Notes: a model not told the origin generated them from the sequence alone. 64,000 bases of DNA from an uncultured Clostridia bacterium (GCA_944389395.1 CALXME010000001.1:67957-131956); one strand, 5' to 3'. Shown: positions 46,811 through 57,126, counted from the first letter of the stretch. Translations and numbers: made by a program.

Positions 46811-47539
46811 ATGGAAACTTTTCAAAAAGAGATTTTAGGTATTCTAAAGAATATACAACAAAGTATTTCTAGTTTAGAAAATGGACAAGAAGAAATGAGA
46901 TGCGATATCAAAAATCTACAACAAGGGCAAGAAGAAATGAGAAGTGATATCAAAGATTTACAACAAGGGCAAGAAAAAATGAGAAGTGATATCAAAGACT
47001 TACAACAAGGACAAGAAGAAATGAGAAGTGATATCAAAGACTTACAACAAGGGCAAGAAGAAATGAGAAGTGATATCAAAGACTTACAACAAGGACAAGA
47101 ACAAATGAGAAGTGATATCAAAAATTTACAACAAGGACAAGAAGAGATGAGATGCGATATCAAAAATCTACAACAAGGACAAGAAGAAATGAGAAGTGAT
47201 ATCAAAGACTTACAACAGGGACAAGAAGAAATGAGAAGTGATATCAAAGATTTACAACAAGGACAAGAAGAGATGAGAAGTGATATCAAAGATTTACAGC
47301 AAGAACAGAAAGAAATGAGAAAAGAACAAAAGATGATGAAACAGGACATTGAAGAATTACAAGTGGGACAAAAAGAATTGCGACAGGGACAGAGAAATTT
47401 AGAAAAATCAATGTATAGAATAGAGCAACAAAGGATAATCGATAGTAATAACATAGCAAAAATTTTATTATTACAAACAAGAATGCAACAAACATTAGAA
47501 CAACATATACAAGATGATGAAATGAAAATTGCAAATTAA
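46811..47539 (+). CDS. Tandem-repeat coiled-coil protein (10 near-identical 14-aa units GQEEMRSDIKDLQQ)
   Basis: ORF with a strong RBS. Internal 42-bp DNA repeats. Confidence 0.6.
   Translation: METFQKEILGILKNIQQSISSLENGQEEMRCDIKNLQQGQEEMRSDIKDLQQGQEKMRSDIKDLQQGQEEMRSDIKDLQQGQEEMRSDIKDLQQGQEQMRSDIKNLQQGQEEMRCDIKNLQQGQEEMRSDIKDLQQGQEEMRSDIKDLQQGQEEMRSDIKDLQQEQKEMRKEQKMMKQDIEELQVGQKELRQGQRNLEKSMYRIEQQRIIDSNNIAKILLLQTRMQQTLEQHIQDDEMKIAN
46883..47302 (+). repeat. Ten 42-bp tandem repeats (in-frame), degenerate copies to about 47400
   Basis: caacaagggcaagaagaaatgagaagtgatatcaaagattta units with few substitutions. Confidence 0.85.
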
Positions 47540-47651
47540 ATAACAAAATAAGCTATTATCAAAAGAATACTTGAAAAGTATTCTTTTTTAGTATACAATG
47601 AGATTATTAAAAAACAGAGTATAAGAATAAAAAAGAGAGGAGATAAAATAT

Positions 47652-48404
47652 ATGAGAAAAAAAATAATAGCAGGAAATTGGAAAATGAATATGTTGCCTA
47701 ATGAAGCAATTCAATTTATAGAAGAACTAGCTCCGTTAGTAAAAGATACAGAAAATGAAGTAATATTATGCGTGCCATATATAGATTTATTTTATGCATT
47801 ATTAACGGCACAAAATACCAATATTAAAATAGGTGCACAAAATATGCATTTTGCAGAAAATGGTGCATATACAGGCGAAGTTTCTGGAAAGATGTTAAAA
47901 TCAATTAATGTAGAATATGTAATAATAGGTCATTCTGAAAGAAGACAATATTTTAATGAAACTGACGAAACTGTTAATAAAAAAGTAAAGGTAGCTTTTG
48001 AGAATAAATTAAAGCCAATTGTTTGTGTTGGTGAAACTTTAGAACAAAGAGAAGCAGGAAAAGTAGAAGAAATTATCACAAATCAAACAAAACTAGCATT
48101 AGAAGGATTAACAAATGAACAAGTTGAAAACACAATTATAGCATATGAACCAATATGGGCAATTGGAACAGGGAAAACTGCAACAAAAGAAGATGCAAAT
48201 TATGCAGTAAAAGCAATAAGAAATAAAATTGCTGAAATATATGGACAAACGGTGGCTGATGGAGTTATAATACAATATGGAGGAAGTGTAAAAGCTTCTA
48301 ATGCAAAAGAACTATTTGAAATGTCTGATATTGATGGAGGACTAGTGGGAGGAGCTAGTTTAAAAGTAGAAGAATTTAGTAAAATAGTAAATTTTAACAA
48401 ATAA
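47652..48404 (+). CDS. tpiA: Triosephosphate isomerase
   Basis: AGNWKMN.., active site [11 protein letters not shown]. Confidence 0.95.
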   Translation: MRKKIIAGNWKMNMLPNEAIQFIEELAPLVKDTENEVILCVPYIDLFYALLTAQNTNIKIGAQNMHFAENGAYTGEVSGKMLKSINVEYVIIGHSERRQYFNETDETVNKKVKVAFENKLKPIVCVGETLEQREAGKVEEIITNQTKLALEGLTNEQVENTIIAYEPIWAIGTGKTATKEDANYAVKAIRNKIAEIYGQTVADGVIIQYGGSVKASNAKELFEMSDIDGGLVGGASLKVEEFSKIVNFNK

Positions 48405-48446
48405 TAGAAGCAAATTATACTAAAAAGAAAAGGAAGGATAAAAGAA

Positions 48447-49988
48447 ATGAAAGATAAACTTACAATGCTAATAATCTTAGATGGTTTTGGAGATAACCAA
48501 AACAAAGATGGAAATGCAATAAAATTAGCAAAAACACCTAATATTGATAAACTAATGAAAAAATATCCTAATACAGATATATTTACAAGTGGTTTAGCTG
48601 TAGGATTGCCAGAAGGACAAATGGGAAATTCAGAGGTAGGACATACAAATATAGGAGCAGGAAGAATTGTATATCAGGAATTAACAAGAATAACAAAATC
48701 AATAGAGGATGGAGATTTCTTTACAAATCCTGAATTTATAGCAGCAATTGAAAACTGTAAAAAACACAATTCAAAATTGCACATTTTAGGTTTAGTATCA
48801 GATGGTGGTGTGCATAGCCACAATAGACATTTATATGGTTTATTAGAAATGGCAAAAAGAAGAGATTTTGAGAATGTATATGTACATTGCTTTTTAGATG
48901 GTAGAGATACTCCACCTGCATCTGCAGAAAGTTATATTGTGAAATTACAAGAAAAAATGCAAGAAAAAGAAATTGGAAAAATAGCAAGTATTTGTGGAAG
49001 ATTTTACAGTATGGATAGAGATAAAAGATGGGAAAGAGTGCAAAAATGCTATGATGCCTTAGTAAAAGGAGAAGGAAAAAAGGCAAGTAGTGCTGTAAAA
49101 GCAATAGAAGATTCTTATCAAAAAGAAGTATTTGACGAATTTGTAGAACCAACTGTTATTTGTAATGGAGAAGAACCAGTTGCAACAATCGAAAAAAATG
49201 ATTCTGTTATTTTCTTTAATTTTAGACCAGACAGAGCAAGAGAAATAACAAGAGCATTAGTAGATTCAGACTTTAATGATTTTGAAACTAAAAAAGATTT
49301 AAATTTATATTTTGTATGTTTTACAAATTATGATGAAACAATGCCAAATGTGCATATTGCTTTTAAAAAGGAAACATTGCATAATACATTTGGAGAGTAT
49401 ATTAGTAAATTAGGCTATACACAGCTTAGAATTGCAGAAACAGAAAAATATGCACATGTTACTTTCTTTTTTAATGGTGGGGAAGAAAAATTATTTAAAG
49501 GAGAGGATAGAATTTTAGTACCATCTCCTAAAGTAGAAACCTATGATTTAAAACCAGAAATGAGTGCATATGAAGTGACTGATAAAGTAATAGAAGCAAT
49601 TCAAAAAGATTATTATGATTGTATTATCTTGAATTATGCAAATACTGATATGGTAGGACATACAGGAAGTTTAGATGCTGCTATAAAAGCAGTAGAAGCT
49701 GTAGATAAATGTGTAGGACGAGTAGTAAAATTGGTAGAAGAAAAAGAAGGAAATCTATTAATTACAGCAGATCATGGAAATGCTGAGCAAATGATAGATT
49801 ATAAAACAGGGGAGCCACATACTGCACATACTACAAATCCTGTACCATTGATATTGGTAACTAAAAATAAAAAATTAAAATTAAAGACAGATGGAAAACT
49901 TGCTGATTTAGCACCAACAATGCTTGATTTAATGAATCTAGAAAAACCAGGAGAAATGACTGGAGAAAGTTTATTAGATAAGGAATAA
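48447..49988 (+). CDS. gpmI: 2,3-bisphosphoglycerate-independent phosphoglycerate mutase
   Basis: [20 protein letters not shown], 513 aa. Confidence 0.95.
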   Translation: MKDKLTMLIILDGFGDNQNKDGNAIKLAKTPNIDKLMKKYPNTDIFTSGLAVGLPEGQMGNSEVGHTNIGAGRIVYQELTRITKSIEDGDFFTNPEFIAAIENCKKHNSKLHILGLVSDGGVHSHNRHLYGLLEMAKRRDFENVYVHCFLDGRDTPPASAESYIVKLQEKMQEKEIGKIASICGRFYSMDRDKRWERVQKCYDALVKGEGKKASSAVKAIEDSYQKEVFDEFVEPTVICNGEEPVATIEKNDSVIFFNFRPDRAREITRALVDSDFNDFETKKDLNLYFVCFTNYDETMPNVHIAFKKETLHNTFGEYISKLGYTQLRIAETEKYAHVTFFFNGGEEKLFKGEDRILVPSPKVETYDLKPEMSAYEVTDKVIEAIQKDYYDCIILNYANTDMVGHTGSLDAAIKAVEAVDKCVGRVVKLVEEKEGNLLITADHGNAEQMIDYKTGEPHTAHTTNPVPLILVTKNKKLKLKTDGKLADLAPTMLDLMNLEKPGEMTGESLLDKE

Positions 49989-49994
49989 AAAGTT

Positions 49995-50702
49995 ATGTTA
50001 AATCATACAAAAAAAATAAAAGAAATTTATGAAGATATACAACGAAAATTATTTTATATGATACCAGAGAAATGGGAAAAATTATATCTTTACAGTTCTG
50101 TTATTGATATGCCTAAAAAAGTTCAGAATGGAGAATTATTCTTTTATTATATTCCAAAAGGTATTTTCAAAAAAAATCCTGTGAATGTTTATGAAATACC
50201 ATCAAAATTCAATTTAGATGAAAAAGAATATATAAAATTAGTAGAAATTTTATATGATAAAGTAAAGGAATTAAGAGAAGAATTTAGAAAATCAGAATCT
50301 GGAACAATTTGGAGTAATATAACAATATCTATTCAAAATCTTAAATTTAAAGTAGAATATGGATATGAAGATTTAATAAACTCGAATTTTAATAGTTATG
50401 AAAGACATGTTATATGGAGATATCAATATTTAGAAATCGGATTAGAACAAGTAAGTAAAAAAGATAGAGAAATTCTAAAAAGATATATTAATGGACCTAA
50501 AACGATGGGAAGAAAAGAAGTATATGAAACAGGAATTTATATTCAAGACATTAAAAATATAGTAGATTATACAACTCAAAATTATGAAAGTATACAAAAT
50601 GTAGAATATGTTTCTACGAAAGATGAAAAAATCAAGAAAAATCAAATCTTATTGTCAGAAGAAGAAATTCGTAGAGCAAAAATACAAAATGATATTTCAT
50701 AA
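49995..50702 (+). CDS. Hypothetical protein (235 aa)
   Basis: No motif. First gene of the GGGtGRT neighbourhood, 7 nt after the gpmI stop. Confidence 0.4.
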   Translation: MLNHTKKIKEIYEDIQRKLFYMIPEKWEKLYLYSSVIDMPKKVQNGELFFYYIPKGIFKKNPVNVYEIPSKFNLDEKEYIKLVEILYDKVKELREEFRKSESGTIWSNITISIQNLKFKVEYGYEDLINSNFNSYERHVIWRYQYLEIGLEQVSKKDREILKRYINGPKTMGRKEVYETGIYIQDIKNIVDYTTQNYESIQNVEYVSTKDEKIKKNQILLSEEEIRRAKIQNDIS

Positions 50703-50772
50703 GTCATTAATTTTAGGGGAACCTAAAAACAATAGATAAATAAAAAACAAAGTATCGAAAGGAGCAATTAAA

Positions 50773-51465
50773 ATGATTTATTCAAAAGAATTAGAAGAAA
50801 TGTGCGTAGTAAAAAAAGGAGTAGACCATGGACCAGCACCAATACCAGAAGAAGGTAAATGGGTAAAAGCAAAAGAAATAAAAGACATTTCAGGTTTAAC
50901 ACATGGAATTGGGTGGTGTGCACCACAACAAGGAGCATGTAAATTAACTTTGAATGTAAAAGATGGTATTATACAAGAAGCATTAGTAGAAACAATTGGA
51001 TGCTCAGGAATGACACATTCAGCTGCAATGGCAGGAGAAATATTAGTTGGAAAAACAATATTAGAAGCATTAAATACAGATTTAGTTTGTGATGCTATTA
51101 ATACCGCTATGAGAGAATTATTCTTACAAATAGTATATGGAAGAACACAAACAGCATTTTCAGAAGGAGGACTTCCTGTAGGAGCAGGACTTGAAGATTT
51201 AGGAAAAGGTCATACATCACAAGTAGGAACAATATATTCAAGCACATTAAAAGGCCCAAGATATTTACAATTAACAGAAGGTTACATAGTAGAGCTTGGA
51301 TTAGATAAAGATGACCAAATTATAGGATATAAATATGTTCATATGGGAAAAATGATGGATAATATAAAAAAAGGAATAGAACCAATGGAAGCAATTGAAA
51401 AAGCTTCAGGAACTTATGGAAGATTTGACGAAGCTGTTAAGAAAATTGATCCAAGAAAAGAATAA
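50773..51465 (+). CDS. IscU/NifU-like Fe-S scaffold domain fused to an uncharacterised C-terminal domain
   Basis: Three-Cys pattern aligns with IscU: GWCAPQQGAC, GCSGMTHSAAMAGEILVGKTILEAL, LVCDAI. About 100 extra C-terminal residues. Confidence 0.55.
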   Translation: MIYSKELEEMCVVKKGVDHGPAPIPEEGKWVKAKEIKDISGLTHGIGWCAPQQGACKLTLNVKDGIIQEALVETIGCSGMTHSAAMAGEILVGKTILEALNTDLVCDAINTAMRELFLQIVYGRTQTAFSEGGLPVGAGLEDLGKGHTSQVGTIYSSTLKGPRYLQLTEGYIVELGLDKDDQIIGYKYVHMGKMMDNIKKGIEPMEAIEKASGTYGRFDEAVKKIDPRKE

Positions 51466-51479
51466 TAAGAAGGTAAGAT

Positions 51480-51896
51480 ATGAATATTTATTTTTCAGGT
51501 TCAATATATGGTGGAAGGCAAAAATTAGATACATATAAAAAATTAATAAAAGAGTTAGCTAAGTTCGGAACAATTCTAGATGAAGAAGTCGCTGATGATA
51601 ATGTTTTAGTTAAAGAAGCAAATCTTTCAGATAATGATGTTTTCGAAAGTTTAGTAAATAGGCTTAAGCAAGCAGATTTGATTTTTGCAGAAGTAACAGT
51701 TCCATCATTAGGTGTAGGATATGAACTTGGGTATGCAGATAGCCAAAATAAGAGAATAGTATGTGTTTATGATAAAACTGTAACACCCAAAGTTACTACA
51801 ATGCTTAGAGGTAATAAAAAATTAAAAATAATTCCATATACAGATATAGATGAAATAATAAATAATTTGGAAAATATATTAAAGGAGGAAAATTAA
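51480..51896 (+). CDS. DNPH1/Rcl-like 2'-deoxynucleoside 5'-phosphate N-hydrolase (nucleoside 2-deoxyribosyltransferase fold)
   Basis: YFSGSIYGGR, AEVTVPSLGVGYELGYA, NKRIVCVY closely match DNPH1 motifs. Confidence 0.65.
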   Translation: MNIYFSGSIYGGRQKLDTYKKLIKELAKFGTILDEEVADDNVLVKEANLSDNDVFESLVNRLKQADLIFAEVTVPSLGVGYELGYADSQNKRIVCVYDKTVTPKVTTMLRGNKKLKIIPYTDIDEIINNLENILKEEN

Positions 51897-52898
51897 ATGG
51901 CAGTAACATTTGAAAGTTATGAAAGAAGAATAGACCAAATTAAACCAGTAATGGAAAAATACGGAATAAAAGATTTTGAGGATGCATTAAAAATATGTAC
52001 AGATAAAGGATTTAATCCTTATGAAATCGTAAAAGGGGTACAACCAATTTGTTTTGAAAATGCAGCTTGGGCATATACTTTAGGTGCAGCAATTGCAATA
52101 AAAAAAGGATGTACAAAAGCAGCTGATGCAGCAAAAGCAATAGGAGAGGGATTACAAGCATTTTGTATACCTGGTTCTGTAGCAGATGACAGAAAAGTAG
52201 GATTAGGACATGGAAATTTAGCTTCTATGTTATTATCAGAAGATACAAAATGTTTTGCGTTTTTAGCAGGTCATGAGAGTTTTGCAGCAGCAGAAGGAGC
52301 AATTGGTATTGCAAAATCAGCTAATAAAGTAAGAAAAGAACCATTAAGAGTTATTTTAAATGGATTAGGAAAAGATGCAGCACAAGTTATCTCAAGAATA
52401 AATGGATTTACTTATGTAAAAACAGATTTTGATTTCTTTACAGGAAAGGTAAATGTAATAGAGGAAATTCCATATTCAGATGGAGAAAGAGCAAAAGTTA
52501 AGTGCTATGGAGCAAATGATGTTAGAGAAGGTGTAGCTATTATGTGGTTAGAAGATGTGGATGTATCTATTACAGGAAATTCAACAAATCCAACAAGATT
52601 CCAACATCCAGTAGCTGGAACTTATAAAAAAGAAAGAATTGAAGCAGGAAAGAAATATTTCTCAGTGGCATCAGGAGGAGGAACAGGAAGAACACTTCAT
52701 CCAGATAATATGGCAGCAGGTCCTGCATCTTATGGTATGACTGATACAATGGGAAGAATGCATTCAGATGCACAATTTGCAGGAAGTTCTTCTGTACCAG
52801 CACATGTAGAAATGATGGGATTAATCGGTATGGGAAATAATCCAATGGTTGGTGCTTCTGTTGCAGTTGCAGTTGCAGTTGAAGAAGCAATGAAATAA
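51897..52898 (+). CDS. GGGtGRT family protein (uncharacterised, PF14057-like)
   Basis: Eponymous motif VASGGGTGRTLHPDNM. ATG overlaps the stop of the upstream gene (TAAATG). Confidence 0.75.
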   Translation: MAVTFESYERRIDQIKPVMEKYGIKDFEDALKICTDKGFNPYEIVKGVQPICFENAAWAYTLGAAIAIKKGCTKAADAAKAIGEGLQAFCIPGSVADDRKVGLGHGNLASMLLSEDTKCFAFLAGHESFAAAEGAIGIAKSANKVRKEPLRVILNGLGKDAAQVISRINGFTYVKTDFDFFTGKVNVIEEIPYSDGERAKVKCYGANDVREGVAIMWLEDVDVSITGNSTNPTRFQHPVAGTYKKERIEAGKKYFSVASGGGTGRTLHPDNMAAGPASYGMTDTMGRMHSDAQFAGSSSVPAHVEMMGLIGMGNNPMVGASVAVAVAVEEAMK

Positions 52899-52908
52899 AA
52901 TAAAAAAA

Positions 52909-52932
52909 ATAGCCTTAGGGGCTATTTTTTTG
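52909..52932 (+). terminator. Rho-independent terminator (ATAGCC-TTAGG-GGCTAT + T7)
   Basis: Seen in sequence after the GGGtGRT gene. Confidence 0.65.
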
Positions 52933-53131
52933 TTCCAATCACACTCGCTTTGCTCGTTTGTTCGCTACGCAGTGTCCCCAAATAATATAAATATGCTTAG
53001 TAAGTATGAAAATAAAAAACGAACAAAAATTTTATTTTTTTTCAAAAAACTATTGACAAAAAAATTAATAGGATATAAAATAAGAACAACAAAAACGAAC
53101 AAGAATTTGGAAAACGAAAATTTGTTAAGGA

Positions 53132-53671
53132 GTGATAAAAATGAATCTTGTAAAAAAAAGAGTAGTATTAAAAACAGTAGTAAAATCTAGTATAGAAAGA
53201 CATCCTGTTCCAGTTTTAGGCATTGATTATAAAGTGAAAATTGAATACAAAAATATAAAAATTGCAGAACTAGATGTAGAACAGAGAACAATTAAAATAT
53301 CACTACCTAATAAATATAAAAAAACATCTAATACACAAATTTTAGATTTGGCAATTGAAAAAATGTATGAGCAAATTGCAAAAGTAGAAGTAGAAAGAGC
53401 CATGGAAAAGGCAAGAATTTTGTTAGGATTTGCTCCAGATGATTATACTATTCAGAAGATAAATAAAAAATTGGGAAAATGCGAAGAAAATAAAATTACT
53501 ATCAATCCTGAAATAGTAAAATATCATAGAGATTTGGTCGATTATGTAGTTTTGCATCAATATTGTCATTTGAAATATAAAACACATGCAAAATCATTTT
53601 ATCAGTTGTTGGAAAAAGTAGAACCAAATTATAAGCAATATGAAGAAATGATGAAACAATTAGAAAAGTAA
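53132..53671 (+). CDS. YgjP/DUF45 (WLM-like) metal-dependent hydrolase homolog with HQxxH in place of HExxH
   Basis: VVLHQYCHLKYKTHAKSFYQLLEKVEPNY matches the DUF45 signature. The catalytic Glu is Gln. Confidence 0.55.
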   Translation: MIKMNLVKKRVVLKTVVKSSIERHPVPVLGIDYKVKIEYKNIKIAELDVEQRTIKISLPNKYKKTSNTQILDLAIEKMYEQIAKVEVERAMEKARILLGFAPDDYTIQKINKKLGKCEENKITINPEIVKYHRDLVDYVVLHQYCHLKYKTHAKSFYQLLEKVEPNYKQYEEMMKQLEK

Positions 53672-53729
53672 AAATAAAAGAAATATGAAGTCACTTGCGT
53701 ATTTCTTTTTTTTTGGATATAATAAATGC

Positions 53730-54623
53730 ATGGAAAAGTTAATTGTAACTCAAAAATATGATAATAAAAAATTAAGTAAAATAGTATTAGATGAAAGAAA
53801 GGAAATTCATTATCCTTTGTTTTGTAAGTTGCTAAGAAAAAAGGATATTAAAGTAAATGGAAAAAGAGTTAACAAAGATATTATTGTACACGAAAAAGAT
53901 GAGATTACTTTATATCTTCCAGAAGAAAAACAAGAAAATAAAATAATCCAAATTATATATGAAGATAACAATATTTTAGTAGTAAATAAAGATGTAGGAA
54001 TAGAAGTAACTGGTAAAAATAGTTTAACAGAGAAATTGCGTGCACAATGCAAAGAAGGAGAAAAAATAAATCCCTGTCATCGTATTGATAGAAACACAAT
54101 GGGATTAGTTGTATTTGCAAAGTCAGAAAAAGCATTACAAATTATGCTAGAAAAGTTTAAAAAACATGAAATAGAAAAACATTATCTGGCTTTAGTGTAT
54201 GGAGTACCAAATCCAAAAAGTAAGAGAATTAAAAGTTATTTATTTAAAGATAATAAGAAAGCAAGGGTATATATTAAAGATGAGTTTGAAAAAGGTTATC
54301 AGCCAATTATCACCAGTTATACTGTATTAGAAAAAAGAAAAGATAATACAGCTTTGTTAGATGTAGAAATTGAAACTGGAAGGACGCATCAAATAAGAGC
54401 ACATTTAGCGTATTTAGGTTATCCAATTATCGGAGATGGAAAATATGGTAAAAATGAAATTAATAGAAAATTTAGACAAAATACACAATTATTATGGGCA
54501 TATAAATTAAAATTCAATTTCCAAAAAGATAGTGATATTTTAACTTATTTAAACTCTAAAGAGATTATATTACCAGATTGGCAAAGTTTAATAAATCGGA
54601 GTGATGGATTGTGGATTGTTTGA
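53730..54623 (+). CDS. RluA-family 23S rRNA pseudouridine synthase (S4 + catalytic domain)
   Basis: HRIDRNTMGLVVFAK, TGRTHQIRAHLAYLGYPIIGDGKYG. Confidence 0.8.
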   Translation: MEKLIVTQKYDNKKLSKIVLDERKEIHYPLFCKLLRKKDIKVNGKRVNKDIIVHEKDEITLYLPEEKQENKIIQIIYEDNNILVVNKDVGIEVTGKNSLTEKLRAQCKEGEKINPCHRIDRNTMGLVVFAKSEKALQIMLEKFKKHEIEKHYLALVYGVPNPKSKRIKSYLFKDNKKARVYIKDEFEKGYQPIITSYTVLEKRKDNTALLDVEIETGRTHQIRAHLAYLGYPIIGDGKYGKNEINRKFRQNTQLLWAYKLKFNFQKDSDILTYLNSKEIILPDWQSLINRSDGLWIV

Positions 54624-54986
54624 ATAAAAAATGCTAGATACTATTAAACCTTATAGTTAGTAAATAGAAGATATACCTATTAATATTGAAAACATAATTG
54701 GAAAAGAGCAAAAATATATTGAAAAAATGGAAAATGAAATTTCTAAAATGAAAAAAGACAGTATTGCATTAATCAATCAAATAACAACAATTAGTAAGCA
54801 AAGAATTTTTAAAGATACTGTAAGAAGAAATGTAAAAATTTCTAGTAATTCTCTTGATTTGATTGATAAACAAATTATTAAATTTTTTACAAAGTAAATT
54901 TTACATTTAAAAGGAGAGTTGCTAGAACTCTCCAAAATCATTTAGGCTCCCGTCTTGTTACAAATGTAACAGAGGGTTAAGTTAAA

Positions 54987-55031
54987 TATATTTTAGCATA
55001 TAATATTAATGTCAAATTAAATTTGACATTA
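54987..55031. repeat. Perfect 45-bp AT-rich palindrome (ATATAATATTAATGTCAAATT-A-AATTTGACATTAATATTATAT)
   Basis: Seen in sequence between the convergent rluA-like gene and the tRNA. Confidence 0.6.
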
Positions 55032-55157
55032 ATATTATATGAAGGTTTATTAAAATTATGCATTATAATTTTTAGTTACAAGTTTAAATATTTTACTCTC
55101 ATAAAGTTTTAAACTATTTATTATTAAATAATTTTTTAATCTCGTGGGAGTAATTTA

Positions 55158-55231
<74 letters not shown>

Positions 55232-55355
55232 ATAAACCATAAATTCATTATACAAAAAAAAAGATAAAAAATCAAGGAAAAGAGCAAAATTCCTTGATTT
55301 TTTCCGACTTGTGCGATATAATTTGGAAGAAAATTAATACTAAAAGGAGATAACT

Positions 55356-57113
55356 ATGAAAGCACTAGAAATTAGAAATAAATATTTAAACTTTTTTAAA
55401 AAACATGGGCACAATGTCATTCCATCAGCACCATTAATACCAGAAAATGACCCATCTGTATTATTCACAACAGCAGGAATGCAACCATTAGTACCATATT
55501 TATTAGGAGAAAAACATCCAGAAGGAACTAGATTAACAGACTATCAAAAATGTGTAAGAACAAATGATATAGAAGAAGTAGGAGATAATAGACATTTAAC
55601 TTACTTTGAAATGCTAGGAAATTGGTCATTAGGAGATTATTTCAAAGAAGAATCTATTCAAATGAGTTATGATTTTTTAACAAAAGAATTACAAATACCA
55701 GCAGAAAAATTATCTGTTACTTGTTTTGCAGGGGATAAAGATTGTCCAAAAGATGAAGTATCAGCTTCTTGCTGGAAAAAAGCAGGAATTCCAGAAGAAA
55801 GAATCTATTTTTATGGAAAAGATGATAATTGGTGGATTGCAGGAGAAGAAGGACCATGTGGACCAGATACAGAAATGTTCTATGATACAGGAAAACCAGC
55901 ATGTTCACCAGATTGTCAACCATCTTGTGATTGTGGTAAATATGTGGAAATTTGGAATAATGTATTTATGGAATATTTTAAGGATAAAAATGGATATACT
56001 AAATTAAAGCAAAAAAATGTAGATACAGGATTAGGTTTAGAAAGAATGACAATGTTATTACAAGGAAAAGAAACACCTTATGACACAGAACTTTTTGAAC
56101 CGATTATGAAAAAATTAGAAGAATTACAAAAAATAGATAGTATTCAAAGTAGAAGAATAGTAGCAGAACATTTACGTTCTAGTATGATGATTATTGCAGA
56201 TGGTGGAAGACCAAGTAATATCGATAGAGGCTATGTATTAAGAAGACTTATTAGAAGAATGATAAGACATCTTAATAAATTACAAGTTAGTTTAGATGAA
56301 ATTTCCACACTGATTGCAATTAATGTGGAGAACTTAAAAGCAATGTATCCAGAATTAGAGAAAAATCAAGCGATTATAAAGGATGTTATTTTAGAAGAAA
56401 AAAATAAATTTGTAAAAACATTAGCACATGGAGAAAGAGAATTTAACAAAGAAATGCAAAAAGCAAAACAGGCAGGAACAAATGTGATAAATGGACAAGT
56501 AGTATTCAGACTATATGATACTTATGGATTTCCACCTGAAGTAACAAAAGAATTGGCAGAAGAAAACGGATTCCAAATTGATTTAGAGGAATTTGAAAAA
56601 TTATTCAAACAACATCAGGAAAAATCAAGAGCAGGCTCAGAACATAAATTTAAAGGTGGATTAGCAGACCAAACAGAAGAAACAATAGCTTATCATACAG
56701 CAACACATTTATTAAATGCAGCTTTAAAACAGATAATAGGAAAAGATGCACATCAAAGAGGTTCCAATATTACAGCTGAAAGAATGAGATTTGATTTTAA
56801 TTGTGACCATAAATTAACAGAAGAAGAAAAAAAGGCTGTAGAAGATTTAGTCAATAAATGGATACAAGAAGGAATACCTGTAACAAAACAAGAAATGAGT
56901 AAAGAAGAGGCAATTAAATCAGGTGCAGAATGTATGTTTATTGAAAAATATCCAGATATTGTTACAGTATATTCTATTGGAAATGTATCAAAAGAATTGT
57001 GTGGAGGTCCACATGTTAACAATACGAAAGAATTAGGAAGATTCAAAATTAAAAAAGAAGAATCTAGTTCTTCAGGTATTAGAAGAATAAAAGCTGTATT
57101 AATAAAAGAATAA
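55356..57113 (+). CDS. alaS: Alanine--tRNA ligase, short form (585 aa; catalytic + editing domains, no mid or C-Ala domains)
   Basis: Class II AlaRS motifs (FTTAGMQPL, FFEMLGNWSLGDYFK), editing motifs HTATHLLNAAL and CGGPHV. Confidence 0.75.
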   Translation: MKALEIRNKYLNFFKKHGHNVIPSAPLIPENDPSVLFTTAGMQPLVPYLLGEKHPEGTRLTDYQKCVRTNDIEEVGDNRHLTYFEMLGNWSLGDYFKEESIQMSYDFLTKELQIPAEKLSVTCFAGDKDCPKDEVSASCWKKAGIPEERIYFYGKDDNWWIAGEEGPCGPDTEMFYDTGKPACSPDCQPSCDCGKYVEIWNNVFMEYFKDKNGYTKLKQKNVDTGLGLERMTMLLQGKETPYDTELFEPIMKKLEELQKIDSIQSRRIVAEHLRSSMMIIADGGRPSNIDRGYVLRRLIRRMIRHLNKLQVSLDEISTLIAINVENLKAMYPELEKNQAIIKDVILEEKNKFVKTLAHGEREFNKEMQKAKQAGTNVINGQVVFRLYDTYGFPPEVTKELAEENGFQIDLEEFEKLFKQHQEKSRAGSEHKFKGGLADQTEETIAYHTATHLLNAALKQIIGKDAHQRGSNITAERMRFDFNCDHKLTEEEKKAVEDLVNKWIQEGIPVTKQEMSKEEAIKSGAECMFIEKYPDIVTVYSIGNVSKELCGGPHVNNTKELGRFKIKKEESSSSGIRRIKAVLIKE

Positions 57114-57126
57114 CGAAAGGAATGAG

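Noticed and set aside
46883-47302. Tandem repeats considered as a possible CRISPR array
   Set aside because: Units are contiguous 42-mers with no spacers, in-frame, and encode a coiled-coil protein. No cas genes.
46822-47454. 210-aa minus-strand ORF (LISLLISSCPCCKSL repeats)
   Set aside because: It is the antisense reading of the 42-bp tandem repeats. The plus-strand gene has a consensus promoter and RBS, the minus ORF has neither.
49989-50702. Missing eno after gpmI interpreted as gene loss
   Set aside because: eno may simply be elsewhere. Only the replacement by the GGGtGRT cluster is reported.
52930-53190. 86-aa ORF MFQSHSLCSF...
   Set aside because: Low-complexity read-through of the terminator/promoter region upstream of the DUF45 gene. 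Overlaps the TTGACA-17-TAAAAT promoter. No RBS.
54591-54623. Possible additional +1 site at aat-CGG-AGT near the end of the rluA-like gene
   Set aside because: Context is CGG-AGT, not CGG-AAY-T. Both frames terminate within about 10 codons, so the frame actually used cannot be decided.
55233-55355. T-box leader upstream of alaS
   Set aside because: Only about 120 nt, no specifier-loop or T-box consensus. The space is taken by the divergent tRNA.
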